Assembly (NCBI GenBank): GCA_963677435.1
Contig: OY781945.1
Location: 992,001-1,056,000, forward strand
Source: an uncultured Aliarcobacter sp.
GTDB taxonomy: Bacteria > Campylobacterota > Campylobacteria > Campylobacterales > Arcobacteraceae
Direction: 5' to 3'
Length of the DNA: 64,000 nt
Both the position numbers and the translations under genes were made by a program. Of this stretch, positions 10,378 through 20,887 are shown in pieces; the first letter of the stretch is position 1; each line of letters opens with the position of its first letter. The notes under the pieces were generated by a model. It worked only from the letters and a program-made list of their open reading frames with translations, was not told where the DNA came from and did not search any database.

Positions 10378-11730
10378 ATGTTAGATTTTAGTAAAAAAGT
10401 ACTAGTTTCACTATCTGTTGTAACTGCTGTTGCATTAACAAGTTGTGTAGCTTCTGAAAATGTAGTTCATAAAAAAGAAGTAACAAAAAATAATTCATTT
10501 TTGAATGCATATGCAGATATAGCATTAGCGAATTATACGGATACATTAAATGATGCGATCTCTTTAAAAAATGCAATTGATATTTTTGCAAAAAATCCAA
10601 CTCAAGAAAACCTAGATAAAGCAAAAAGTGCTTGGATAGAATCAAGAGAATCTTATGGTCAAAGTGAAATTTTTAGACTTTCAAATGGTCCTATTGATTC
10701 AGAAGAGGGTTGGATAGCAGAAGCTTATGGTGCACCTGAGGGACAAATCAATGCTTGGCCACTTGATGAAAATATGATAGATTATACAATTGATGCTGAT
10801 GGAAAATTAACTTCTGGAAATATTATTGATACAGTAGGAAAATTTAATCCAGGTGGAGAAGAATCAAAAGAAGTTGATGTTACTAAAATTACAGTTGATG
10901 CTATTACAGAATTAAATGAAAATGGTGGAGATGCAAATGTTGCAACTGGTTACCATGCTATTGAGTTTTTATTATGGGGACAAGATCAAGATTATTCTAA
11001 CTTCTTAAAAGATAGCGTAACTCCTGGTGCAATGACAGCTGGACTTAGACCTTTAAAAGATTTTACAACTGAAAAAAATGCAGATAGAAGATTAGCATAT
11101 TTACAAGCATCTGCTGAAAAATTAGTTAATGATTTAGCAGCAGTAAAATCAGCTTGGGAAAAAAATGTTGATGGAACAAAAGGTTTATATCAAGCAGCAT
11201 TAAAAGGTAAATTAACAGGCGCAAATGCTTCTAAAAATATTGAATCAGCACAAGCTTTAAAACAAATCATTGCAGGAATGGGTGTATTTATTAAATCTGA
11301 ATTAGCAAACGAAAGAATTGCTGTTGCTGTTTTAACTCCAAGTGAAGAAGATGAGCATTCTTGTTTTTCTGATAATACACATAGAGACATTGTAAATGAT
11401 TATGTAGGATTCAAAAATGTATTAACTGCAACATATAAAGGTAAAAAATATGGTGCTTCTTTATTAGATGCAGTTGATGCTAAAACAAAAACTAGAATTG
11501 AAAATTTAATGAAATCAATTGAAGATAAAATTAATAATATTGATGAAGTTGCAAAAACAAAAGAACACTTTGATTATCAAATCAGACCAGATAGTCCACA
11601 AGCAAAAGTTATTGTAAAACTTAAAAATGAGTTGAGAAAACTAGGTGATGAAATGGTAAATGTGGCAGCTGCAAATAAAATTAGTTTAAGTACAGATGAT
11701 GTTACAGATCCAGAAGAAACTAAACTATAA
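10378..11730 (+). CDS. Imelysin-family (IrpA/IcmP-like) iron-regulated lipoprotein
   Basis: Lipobox-like ALTSC; INAWPLDE, TGYHAIEFLLWGQD (GxHxxE), EEDEHSCFSDNT. Confidence 0.9.
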   Translation: MLDFSKKVLVSLSVVTAVALTSCVASENVVHKKEVTKNNSFLNAYADIALANYTDTLNDAISLKNAIDIFAKNPTQENLDKAKSAWIESRESYGQSEIFRLSNGPIDSEEGWIAEAYGAPEGQINAWPLDENMIDYTIDADGKLTSGNIIDTVGKFNPGGEESKEVDVTKITVDAITELNENGGDANVATGYHAIEFLLWGQDQDYSNFLKDSVTPGAMTAGLRPLKDFTTEKNADRRLAYLQASAEKLVNDLAAVKSAWEKNVDGTKGLYQAALKGKLTGANASKNIESAQALKQIIAGMGVFIKSELANERIAVAVLTPSEEDEHSCFSDNTHRDIVNDYVGFKNVLTATYKGKKYGASLLDAVDAKTKTRIENLMKSIEDKINNIDEVAKTKEHFDYQIRPDSPQAKVIVKLKNELRKLGDEMVNVAAANKISLSTDDVTDPEETKL

Positions 11731-13090
11731 TTTGTTAAAAAAGTTCATTATTTTAGAAAGCCTTGTAGTAATATTTACTACAGGGCTTTTTGCCGTTGAT
11801 AACAGTAGTAAATTTTTATCAAATGATAAAAGTAGTTCAATACTTTTAAAACCTATTGATAAGTTAAATAATGATGAATATGACAAATTTATCTTAGGTA
11901 GAAGTTTTTTCTCAATTCCTTGGGTTGAAGCACCAGCAATTACAACTGCAAGAGATGGTTTAGGACCACTTTTTAATGCAAATACCTGTGTTAGCTGCCA
12001 TCCTGGAAATGGGAAAGGCACACTATTTAATAAAGATGGATTTGTTTCAAGATCATTAGTTGCAAGATTATCTGTTGATGCTACAAATTCAAAGCAAGAT
12101 CAAGATTTTTTGAAATATAAAGGTTTTGTTCCCCATAGTGTTTATGGAAATCAATTATCAATTAATGGAATTCATGGGGTTGATTTTGAGGGTAATATAA
12201 AAGTAGATTTTGAAGAGAAAGAAGTTTTATTTCCAGATGGAGAAAAACAAATTTTATTAAAACCAAAATACTCTTTGATAAATTTAAATTATGGAAATTT
12301 AGATAATGCAAATATATCATATAGATTAGCTCCAAGCTTAAATGGTATGGGTTTAATTAGTTTAATTTCAGATGAAGATATTTTAAAGAATGTTGATATA
12401 AATGATGCAAATGGTGATGGAATATCGGGTAAAGCAAATTGGGTATATTCAAATATTACAAAAAAAACTGAACTAGGAAAATATACTTGGAAAGCAAGTG
12501 TTTACTCTTTAAAAGAGCAAGTTGCAGGTGCTGCTAATAATGATATGGGACTTACAACATCAATTTTCCCTAATGATAATTGTACTTCATCTCAAAAAGC
12601 TTGTAATGAAGCACCAAAGGCAAAAGATGCCATTGATATACCAGATGAGAGACTTGATGCCATTACATATTATTTAAAACATACAAAAACTTATACTCCT
12701 AAAATTACAAAAGAGTATAAAGAAGGTTTAGAGATATTTGAACAAATCTCATGTGTAAAGTGTCATATCAGTAGTTTTGATACAAAAGAAGGTTTTAAAG
12801 TTTTCCCTTATTCGGATTTTTTACTTCATGATATGGGTGAAGATTTAAGTGATGGAAGAGTTGAATTTAAAGCAGACAAAAATGAGTGGAGAACTGCTCC
12901 TTTATGGGGACTTGCTCTTCATGAAAAAATAAATAAACAAAACCCTAGACTTTTACATGATGGAAGAGCTAGAAGTTTTCAAGAGGCAATTTTGTGGCAC
13001 GGTGGAGAAGCAATTCAAAGTAAAGAAAATTTTATGAATCTACCAAAAGAACAAAGAGAAAAATTAATTAAATTTTTACAGGAGTTATAA
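11696..13090 (+). CDS. Di-heme oxidoreductase (DHOR) family protein (likely TTG start at 11732)
   Basis: DGLGPLFNANTCVSCH, CVKCH, DFLLHDMG, EWRTAPLWG, LLHDGRAR, AILWHGGEA. Confidence 0.9.
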   Translation: MMLQIQKKLNYNLLKKFIILESLVVIFTTGLFAVDNSSKFLSNDKSSSILLKPIDKLNNDEYDKFILGRSFFSIPWVEAPAITTARDGLGPLFNANTCVSCHPGNGKGTLFNKDGFVSRSLVARLSVDATNSKQDQDFLKYKGFVPHSVYGNQLSINGIHGVDFEGNIKVDFEEKEVLFPDGEKQILLKPKYSLINLNYGNLDNANISYRLAPSLNGMGLISLISDEDILKNVDINDANGDGISGKANWVYSNITKKTELGKYTWKASVYSLKEQVAGAANNDMGLTTSIFPNDNCTSSQKACNEAPKAKDAIDIPDERLDAITYYLKHTKTYTPKITKEYKEGLEIFEQISCVKCHISSFDTKEGFKVFPYSDFLLHDMGEDLSDGRVEFKADKNEWRTAPLWGLALHEKINKQNPRLLHDGRARSFQEAILWHGGEAIQSKENFMNLPKEQREKLIKFLQEL

Positions 13091-14034
13091 TGAAAAGAGT
13101 GTTGTTTTTAGTGTTGTTATTTTCAAGTATGGTTTTTGCCAATGAAAGAGTACTTGTTAATATAATAAAAAATGTATCAATTCCAAATGTTGAGATGGCA
13201 ATTAAAGATGCAAAAATTTTACAAAAAGATGTAAATGCACAAAATTTTACAAATTTTTTGATGGATTGGAAAAAAGTTGAGGCTTTTTATATTGCTGGTG
13301 ATTTAGATGAAAATTATGCTGATATGCCAAGATATATGGATGTTTTTAATAATCTAAAAGAGGATTTAAGTGTTCAAATGCAAAGGGTTATTGAGTCAAA
13401 AGATGAGGTAAATATTGCTTTATTCAAAAATTCATTTAAAACTATAAATGCTTTAGAGTATGTTTTATTTAACGATAAAGATATTTCACAAAGAGAAAAA
13501 GATTTAAGTGTTGCTATTTTAGATTCAATGATTTCACATTTGCAAGATGTTGATAATGTTTACAAAGCATATTTAGCAAATCCATCAAAAGATGAAAAAT
13601 GGGAAAATTCTTTAGTAATTAATACTTTAATTGCTAGTTCATATAGATTAAAAGAGTGGAGAATTGGAAATCCAAGTGGATTTGCTGGTAAATTTAAAAA
13701 TGATCCAAAAAATGAAAGAGCAGAGTATTTCTTAAGTCAAAACTCATTTGCAGCAATTGAAGCTATTTTAGAAGCTCATAAACAAATAGTTGAAAAACAC
13801 CAATATTATGACTTTGCTTCATACGCTATGAATAAAGGTGCAGCGGTTCAGCTTTTAATGGTAATTGATGATATTAATCAAACTCAAGATGAGTTGAAAA
13901 AACTTAAAAAAGATGATTTCACAAATGCAAAAGCACTATTTAATAGTGCGAAAGATTTGCATAATGCTTATTATTCATCATTAATTGGTCAACTAAGTGT
14001 AACAGCTAAAATTTTAGATGCAGATGGAGATTAA
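13090..14034 (+). CDS. Second, divergent imelysin-like exported protein
   Basis: Signal peptide, KTINALEYVLF (metal-binding His absent), C-terminal DADGD typical of this partner; position in the operon. Confidence 0.7.
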   Translation: MKRVLFLVLLFSSMVFANERVLVNIIKNVSIPNVEMAIKDAKILQKDVNAQNFTNFLMDWKKVEAFYIAGDLDENYADMPRYMDVFNNLKEDLSVQMQRVIESKDEVNIALFKNSFKTINALEYVLFNDKDISQREKDLSVAILDSMISHLQDVDNVYKAYLANPSKDEKWENSLVINTLIASSYRLKEWRIGNPSGFAGKFKNDPKNERAEYFLSQNSFAAIEAILEAHKQIVEKHQYYDFASYAMNKGAAVQLLMVIDDINQTQDELKKLKKDDFTNAKALFNSAKDLHNAYYSSLIGQLSVTAKILDADGD

Positions 14035-14037
14035 AAA

Positions 14038-15009
14038 TTGAACGATTTTTTTGCACTTGAATATTTAATAAATCCAAATAAAAGAATTTTTTGGATTTAT
14101 ATAATATCTTCAATATTATTAGCAGTAATCTATTTTTATATTAGTAAAAAAAATACAAGGGTGATTTTCTCTTCAAAACTTTGGTTACATCCAAGTGCGA
14201 AGTTGGATTATTACTACTTTTTTTTATCATATTTTATAAATATTTTTTTGTTAATTCCTTTTATAATAAGTGCAAAAACTATCGCTTTTAGTGTAAATAA
14301 ATTTTTATATGAACAGTTTGATTATTTTGAAAATAGCTATTTCTCTTATGAAATGATTATTTTTATGTATACGGTTATTATTTTTTTAGTAAGTGATTTT
14401 TCACGATACTGGCTTCATAGATTTTTGCACACGATTCCTTTTTTATGGGAATTTCATAAAATTCATCATAGTGCAAAAGTTTTAACACCAATTACATTTT
14501 ATCGAGTTCATCCAGTTGAAAATTTTCTTTTTGGACTGAGATATTCTTTAAGTATTGGATTAGTTACAGGAGTATTTATCTATTTTTTTGGTGCGATGAT
14601 AGATATTTACATGATTTTTGGAGTTAATGCTTTTATATTTATTTTTTCAATATTTGGTTCAAATTTGAGACATTCTCATGTTGCTATTTCTTATGGAAGA
14701 TTTATAGAGAAGTGGTTAATTTCACCAAAACAGCACCAAATTCACCACAGTCGAAAACATTTTGATAAAAACTATGGTGGTTATGTTGCTATTTGGGACA
14801 GAGTTTTTGGAACTTTATGTTTATCAAATAGCGTGAAAGTTATGAAATTTGGTTTAAGAACTGAGCAAATGAAAGATTATCTTTCTTTAAAAGATTTATT
14901 ATTTAGACCATTTACAAATTTATTAAAAAAAAGGGGGATTTATGAAAAGTTCAAAATTGTTAGTGGCTATGTTTTTAGCATTTTCAAGTATGAGTTTAAG
15001 TGCAAGTGA
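14038..15009 (+). CDS. Sterol desaturase / fatty acid hydroxylase family membrane enzyme
   Basis: His boxes YWLHRFLH, FHKIHHS, RVHP, LRHSH, HQIHHS, and KNYG...WDRVFGT. Confidence 0.9.
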   Translation: MNDFFALEYLINPNKRIFWIYIISSILLAVIYFYISKKNTRVIFSSKLWLHPSAKLDYYYFFLSYFINIFLLIPFIISAKTIAFSVNKFLYEQFDYFENSYFSYEMIIFMYTVIIFLVSDFSRYWLHRFLHTIPFLWEFHKIHHSAKVLTPITFYRVHPVENFLFGLRYSLSIGLVTGVFIYFFGAMIDIYMIFGVNAFIFIFSIFGSNLRHSHVAISYGRFIEKWLISPKQHQIHHSRKHFDKNYGGYVAIWDRVFGTLCLSNSVKVMKFGLRTEQMKDYLSLKDLLFRPFTNLLKKRGIYEKFKIVSGYVFSIFKYEFKCK

Positions 15010-16069
15010 TGTTTTATCAAAAGAGGAGTTAGGACAGATTTTATTTTTTGATAAAAATTTATCAAATAATAGAACACAAGCCTGTGCAACATGTCACAAT
15101 CCAGAAAGTGGTTTTGTAGATAACAGAGATAATGGTGTAAAAAAAATGGCATCAATGGGTGATAACAATAAGTCAATTGGAGATAGGGAAGCTCCAACTG
15201 CATCTTATGCAAAATTTTCACCTGCATTTCATTTTGATGAGAAAAAACAAAAATATATTGGTGGACAGTTTTGGGACGGTCGAGCTGCTACTTTAGAAGA
15301 GCAAGCTGGAGGTCCACCTTTAAATCCAGATGAGATGGGAATGATAAGTAAAAAAGAAGTTGTAAATAGAATCAAAGAAAATGACTTATATGTAAATTCA
15401 TTTAAAAAACTTTTTGGAAAAGATATATTAGAAAATGAAGAAAAAGCATATACAGCATTAACACAAGTAATAGCAGCATTTGAAAAAACAGATACTTTTT
15501 CACCATTTGATTCAAAATATGATAGATATTTAAAAGGTGAATATGATTTAACTCCAACTGAAGATTTAGGAAAATCATTATTCTTTTCAAATAATAATAA
15601 CTCTTGTTCAACTTGCCATGTTTTAAAAGGTGAAGATAAAGAGGGTGAAACATTTACAAATTATGAGTTCCACAATATTGGAGTTCCAGCAAATGAAACT
15701 TTAAGAGCAAAAAATGGTGCAAAAGATTTAGATAAAGGTCTTTTAAATAATCCAGCTGTTACAGATGAAGCTCAAAGGGGAAAATATAAAGTTCCAACAC
15801 TGAGAAATGTGGCAGTTACTGCTCCATATATGCACAATGGTGTATTTACTGATTTAAGAACAGTAATTGAGTTTTATGATAAATATAATAACAAAGATAG
15901 AACGATAAATCCTGAAACAGGAAAAGTTTGGGATGAACCAGAAGTAAAAGATACTATTTCTATAAAAGAGTTAAAAGCAAAAGAGTTAACAGATAGAAAA
16001 GTTGATGCTTTAGTTGCATTTTTAAAACTTTTAACGGATAAAAAGTATGAACATTTGTTGGAAAAATAG
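14942..16069 (+). CDS. Di-heme cytochrome c peroxidase / MauG superfamily protein
   Basis: Signal peptide, LFFDKNLS, CATCH, QFWDGRA, CSTCH, KVPTLRNVAVTAPYMHNG. Confidence 0.92.
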   Translation: MKSSKLLVAMFLAFSSMSLSASDVLSKEELGQILFFDKNLSNNRTQACATCHNPESGFVDNRDNGVKKMASMGDNNKSIGDREAPTASYAKFSPAFHFDEKKQKYIGGQFWDGRAATLEEQAGGPPLNPDEMGMISKKEVVNRIKENDLYVNSFKKLFGKDILENEEKAYTALTQVIAAFEKTDTFSPFDSKYDRYLKGEYDLTPTEDLGKSLFFSNNNNSCSTCHVLKGEDKEGETFTNYEFHNIGVPANETLRAKNGAKDLDKGLLNNPAVTDEAQRGKYKVPTLRNVAVTAPYMHNGVFTDLRTVIEFYDKYNNKDRTINPETGKVWDEPEVKDTISIKELKAKELTDRKVDALVAFLKLLTDKKYEHLLEK

Positions 16070-16138
16070 GCCATTAAAAAGTTATTTTTTATTATTCTAT
16101 TATCAAGAAGATGGTAGAATACTTAAAAAAGGCTTTTA

Positions 16139-16414
16139 ATGAACTATAAAATAATATTATTTTTTATTTCTTCTTCTTTATTTGCTAATGAAATTAATTT
16201 TATAGATTTAGAAAAAGAAAAAATGGGACTAATAGAAAAGTATTATAATAGAGTGAACAAGGCAAAAGAAAATCATTTTAATGATAGGATTGTTTTATTA
16301 AGTGAAACATTAAATTGCTTTATACTTTCAAAAAGTAAAAGAGATATCTTAAACTGTAAATCTATTGAAAGAAAAAAGATTATGGATTTAGTAAGAGGTC
16401 GGAATATTGAGTAG
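16139..16414 (+). CDS. Small hypothetical exported protein with a Cys pair
   Basis: RBS AAGG, signal-like N-terminus, CFILSKSKRDILNC. Confidence 0.6.
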   Translation: MNYKIILFFISSSLFANEINFIDLEKEKMGLIEKYYNRVNKAKENHFNDRIVLLSETLNCFILSKSKRDILNCKSIERKKIMDLVRGRNIE

Positions 16415-16440
16415 AATCTTCTAGTTTAGAAGATTCTACT
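16410..16440. terminator. Hairpin between convergent genes
   Basis: AGTAGAATCTTCTA-GTT-TAGAAGATTCTACT. Confidence 0.7.
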
Positions 16441-16749
16441 TTAAACATTTAAATATAAAATTCCTTCTTCAACTCTTGTTTCATAAACCCCTGTACAGCC
16501 ACTATCATTTCCTAAAGCTTGTCCTGTTTTTAAATCTATTTCCCAGTTGTGTAAAGGGCATGTTACTTGTTTGTCATGAACTAAACCTTCGCTTAGTTTT
16601 CCTTTTTTGTGTGGACAGATATTGTTTACAGCAAAGATTGAACCATCTCTTGTTTTAAAAATCGCGATTTCAGTTTCACCAATTTCTACTTTTCTTGAAC
16701 CCATTTCAGGGATATTTTCAAGTTGCGTGATTTTGTACCATTTTGCCAT
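16441..16749 (-). CDS. nirD: Assimilatory nitrite reductase small (Rieske-type) subunit
   Basis: NICPHK, VTCPLHNW. Start MAKWYK follows GGAG; the track start at 16773 overlaps nirB. Confidence 0.9.
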   Translation of the reverse strand: MAKWYKITQLENIPEMGSRKVEIGETEIAIFKTRDGSIFAVNNICPHKKGKLSEGLVHDKQVTCPLHNWEIDLKTGQALGNDSGCTGVYETRVEEGILYLNV

Positions 16750-16750
16750 G

Positions 16751-19216
16751 TTAAATTTGCTCCTTTGCTTCAAAACTATGAGATTCTTCTGGGTTTATAA
16801 CAATTGAATTAAACTCTTTTGTAAATCCATCTTCTATTGCTTTTGCCCAAGGGTCAACTTGTGCTGATTTTTGTGATATTTCAAATCTTTGCGCATAATA
16901 AGCCACTTTTTCTTTATCTAACATCACATCTTTTACATATTGTAATCCAGTTCTTTCAACCCAATGAGCAGTTCTTTCAAGATAATAAGCATCTTCTCTA
17001 TAAAATTGCATAAAGGCTTTTACATAAGTTAATAACTCTTCATCTGTTTCAACTTTACAAAGGAAATCTGTAACTCTCACTTTTATACCACCATTTCCAG
17101 CAATTGAAATTTCCCAACCAGAATCAACACCAATTACACCTAAATCTTTTATAGTGGCTTCCGCACAATTTCTAGGACAGCCTGAAACTGCAATTTTAAA
17201 TTTGTGTGGAGTCCAAGAACCCCATGTAAGTTTTTCAATAATCACACCCATATTCATAGAATCTTGAGTTCCAAATCTACACCAAGTATTTCCCACACAA
17301 GTTTTTACAGTTCTTAAACCCTTTGCATAAGCTTGACCTGATACAAAACCAGCATCATTTAAATCTTTCCACATAGGTTCAAGTTGTTCTTTTTTAACTC
17401 CCAACATATCAAGTCTTTGACCACCAGTGAATTTTACTGTTGGAACATCATATTTAACTGCAATATCTGCAATATCTTTTAACTCTTGTGGACTTGTAAG
17501 TCCTCCCCAAATTCTAGGAACCACTGAATAAGTTCCATCTTTTTGGATATTCGCAAACATTCTGTCATTTACAAGTGCGCTTCTTTTGTCATTTTTATAT
17601 TTATCATCATTGTATTTTACAAGTAAATAGTAGTTTATTGCTGGTCGACATTTTGAACAACCATCAGTAGTTTTCCACTGTAATGATTTGAAAACATCAT
17701 AAACAGTTTCAAATTCTCCCTCATCAACTGCTTTTTTAATATCTTTGTGTCCAAGTGTTGTACAACCACAAATTCCCTCTTCAATAGCATTATATTCATC
17801 ACCTAAAGTATTAACTAAAATTTGCTCAACTAATCCAAGACATGAACCACAAGAAGCTCCAGCTTTTGTACATGATTTTACAGCGCTTAGTGATTTTAAA
17901 TCTTTATCTTTGATGGCAGATACAATGTCGCCTTTACAAACTCCATTACATCCACAAACTTCTTCATCATCACTCATACTGTTTATATCATTTCCACCAT
18001 GACCGCTATCACCTGAAAGTGCAGATTTTCCAAATAGGATTTTTGTTCTTAAATCTGAAATATCCGTATGTTCTTTTAAAAGTTTTAAATACCAAGACGC
18101 ATCACTTGTATCTCCATAAAGAACAACTCCTATGATTTTGTTTTCATAGATTACAAGTTTTTTATAGATTCCCGCTTTTTCATCAAGTAAAATTAAATCC
18201 TCAGTTGTTACATCTCCTAAATAATCTCCTGCACTAAACAAATCAACACCTGAGATTTTAAGTCTAGTTGATAAAGTAGAACCCTCATAACCTTCAGTTT
18301 TTTTATCTGCTAGAACTTTTGCTAAAACTTTTGCTTGTTCATATAGAGGAGCTACTAAACCATAAGTATTTCCATTGTGTTCAACACACTCTCCAATGGC
18401 AAAAATAGAATCATCAGAAGTTTTTAAGAAGTCATCTACAATAATTCCTTTATTACAGTTCAAAGAAGCATCAAGAGCTAATGCTGTATTTGGAATAATT
18501 CCAGTTGCAAAAACAACTAAATTTGACTCAACACTAACACCATCTGTGAAACTCACTTTTTCAACAATACCATCCCCTGAAATTTCTTGGATAGTTGTGT
18601 TTAATTTAAACTCAATTCCATAAGATTCAAGATTTTTTTGAAGTAATTTTCCACCAGTTGAGTCAAGTTGTTGAGATAGAATTGAGCCACTTCTATGAAC
18701 TAAAATAGTTTTAATTCCATGTTTAGCAATCCCATAAGCAGCTTCAAGTCCAAGAAGCCCACCACCAACTACAACAGCAGTTTTTTCTTTTCTAATAGTG
18801 CTAATAATTGCATCAACATCGGCTTTTGTTCTAAAAGCAATTACATTTTCAAGGTCACTTCCTTTTGTTTTAGGAACAAAAGCTCTTGAGCCAGTTGCTA
18901 TTAGAAGTTTGTCGTAAGATTCAGTTTTTCCACTGTCACTTTTGATTGTTTTACTATTTTTATCTATTGATACAATTTTATCACCTTTGTATAGAGTGAT
19001 ATTGTTTTGTTCATACCATGATAAATGATTTATGATTGTATCTTCAAAAGTTTTTTCAGTTGAGAGTATATAAGATAACATGATTCTATTATAGTTTACA
19101 TGAGGTTCTTCCCCATAAATAGTGATGTCATATTTATCTTTGTTTATTTCTAAAAGGTCTTCGATGGTTCGAAGTCCACTCATCCCATTTCCGATTACTA
19201 CTAGTTTTTCTTTCAT
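16751..19216 (-). CDS. nirB: NAD(P)H-dependent assimilatory nitrite reductase large subunit
   Basis: VVIGNGMSG, YNRIMLS, GGGLLGLEAA, CGCNGV/CGSC, ANIQKDGTYSVVPR, KTCVGNTWCRFG, SGCPRNCAE. Confidence 0.96.
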   Translation of the reverse strand: MKEKLVVIGNGMSGLRTIEDLLEINKDKYDITIYGEEPHVNYNRIMLSYILSTEKTFEDTIINHLSWYEQNNITLYKGDKIVSIDKNSKTIKSDSGKTESYDKLLIATGSRAFVPKTKGSDLENVIAFRTKADVDAIISTIRKEKTAVVVGGGLLGLEAAYGIAKHGIKTILVHRSGSILSQQLDSTGGKLLQKNLESYGIEFKLNTTIQEISGDGIVEKVSFTDGVSVESNLVVFATGIIPNTALALDASLNCNKGIIVDDFLKTSDDSIFAIGECVEHNGNTYGLVAPLYEQAKVLAKVLADKKTEGYEGSTLSTRLKISGVDLFSAGDYLGDVTTEDLILLDEKAGIYKKLVIYENKIIGVVLYGDTSDASWYLKLLKEHTDISDLRTKILFGKSALSGDSGHGGNDINSMSDDEEVCGCNGVCKGDIVSAIKDKDLKSLSAVKSCTKAGASCGSCLGLVEQILVNTLGDEYNAIEEGICGCTTLGHKDIKKAVDEGEFETVYDVFKSLQWKTTDGCSKCRPAINYYLLVKYNDDKYKNDKRSALVNDRMFANIQKDGTYSVVPRIWGGLTSPQELKDIADIAVKYDVPTVKFTGGQRLDMLGVKKEQLEPMWKDLNDAGFVSGQAYAKGLRTVKTCVGNTWCRFGTQDSMNMGVIIEKLTWGSWTPHKFKIAVSGCPRNCAEATIKDLGVIGVDSGWEISIAGNGGIKVRVTDFLCKVETDEELLTYVKAFMQFYREDAYYLERTAHWVERTGLQYVKDVMLDKEKVAYYAQRFEISQKSAQVDPWAKAIEDGFTKEFNSIVINPEESHSFEAKEQI

Positions 19217-19280
19217 AACTATTCCTTTTTCTCTTATGGAATAATTATGACAAAGATAAAAGTTTTTTTGTTAAAAAACA

Positions 19281-19297
19281 TGTATATAAAGTATTCA
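19281..19297. promoter_or_regulatory. 17-bp palindromic site upstream of nirB
   Basis: TGTATA-TAAAG-TATTCA, 31 nt upstream of -10 CATAAT (19244-19249, minus strand). Confidence 0.65.
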
Positions 19298-19390
19298 ATA
19301 ATCTTAATTTTTAATTAAATTAATATATAAATAGATGAATTGTATTTAAAATTATGTATTTAATGCTTAATTTTACATTAATTTAAAGCA

Positions 19391-19404
19391 TTGATTTTGA
19401 TCAA
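19391..19404. promoter_or_regulatory. Crp/Fnr-family box
   Basis: Perfect TTGAT-N4-ATCAA, 22 nt upstream of -10 TATACT (19427-19432), so centred near -41.5. Confidence 0.75.
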
Positions 19405-19460
19405 GATAATTTCTGTCTTAATTCAATATACTTCAATTATAAAATAATAAAGGAGACAAT

Positions 19461-20870
19461 ATGTTTAATTTCAAATCATTATATTTAAGAATGACAATCA
19501 TACATTATATAGGGATTATAATACTTCCATTAAATGCATTTTTATTTACTACAACAACTATTTCACAAATTGTTCAAATCATTATTGCATTAGCACTTAT
19601 TATTCATGAGTTAGATGAAAGAAAAAATGGAAAGTTATTATCAAAAGAGTTAGTAAATTTTCTTAAAAATATGGATAATAAAAATGTGAGTTTTGATATA
19701 AATACTTCAATGGCAAGTGAATATTCACAAATAAAAGATGTTATTGATAAAAGAGAACAAGACCTTATCAAAAAAGAGAAAGAAGAGATGCTTTTAATTG
19801 AAGAAGCCAAAATGGTAATGAACAAGGTAAAACATGGTTTATATTCTCAAACTATTACTTCAAGTACATCTAATAAATCATTGGAACAGTTTAAAAATGG
19901 TGTAAATGAGATGATAAGTGAAACAAGAAAACACTTTTTAAATGTAAATGCTATTTTGGAAAAATATACAAAATACGATTACACAGATACTTTGAAGTTT
20001 GAAAATATTTCAAAAGAGGGGGAATTTCAACATTTAGTTGAAGCGGTAAATAAATTAAAAGAGGCAATTACTCAAATGTTATTGGAAAACAAAAAAAATG
20101 GTGTGGCTCTTCAAAATTCATCTGAGATTTTATTAAACAATGTTGATAAACTTAATTTATCTTCAAATGAAGCATCAAGTAGTTTGAAAAATACAGCATT
20201 AGTTTTAAGTGAAATAACAAAAAATGTTGATAAAACATCTGTTGAAACTATCCAAATGTCAAGCCTAGCAAATGCAGTTGTGGAATCTTCTAATGAGGGA
20301 TTATCTTTGGCTTATAAAACAACAACTGCAATGGATGAAATAAATCAAAAAGTAAGTGCCATAAATGAATCAATTATTTTAATAGATCAAATTGCATTTC
20401 AAACAAATATTTTATCTTTAAATGCAGCAGTAGAAGCAGCAACAGCTGGTGAAGCAGGGAAAGGATTTGCAGTAGTTGCACAAGAAGTGCGAAATCTTGC
20501 AAATAGAAGTACAGAAGTTGCCCGTGAAATAAAAAATCTTGTTGAATCTGCAAATATAAAAGCAAATAATGGAAAAACAATAGCAAATGAAATGATTGAG
20601 GGTTATACGGTTTTAAATACAAATATTGATAAAACAATTGAACTAATAGGAAGTGTTGCCAATATTTCAAAAGAGCAACAAACAGGAATTATTCAAATAA
20701 ACAATGCAATAAATATATTAGAAGAACAAGTTCATTCAAACGCAGAAGTTTCATCACAAGCTAATAATATTGCAATTAAAACATCAGATATTGCAAATAC
20801 TATTGTGGATAATGCAAACCAAAAAGAGTTTGAGGGGAAAAATAGCATAAGTTGTAAAAGATGCAGTTAA
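19461..20870 (+). CDS. MCP without a periplasmic ligand-binding domain
   Basis: Two adjacent N-terminal TMs, MCP signalling hairpin, C-terminus ...SCKRCS. Confidence 0.9.
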   Translation: MFNFKSLYLRMTIIHYIGIIILPLNAFLFTTTTISQIVQIIIALALIIHELDERKNGKLLSKELVNFLKNMDNKNVSFDINTSMASEYSQIKDVIDKREQDLIKKEKEEMLLIEEAKMVMNKVKHGLYSQTITSSTSNKSLEQFKNGVNEMISETRKHFLNVNAILEKYTKYDYTDTLKFENISKEGEFQHLVEAVNKLKEAITQMLLENKKNGVALQNSSEILLNNVDKLNLSSNEASSSLKNTALVLSEITKNVDKTSVETIQMSSLANAVVESSNEGLSLAYKTTTAMDEINQKVSAINESIILIDQIAFQTNILSLNAAVEAATAGEAGKGFAVVAQEVRNLANRSTEVAREIKNLVESANIKANNGKTIANEMIEGYTVLNTNIDKTIELIGSVANISKEQQTGIIQINNAINILEEQVHSNAEVSSQANNIAIKTSDIANTIVDNANQKEFEGKNSISCKRCS

Positions 20871-20887
20871 TATAAAAGGTAAATATT

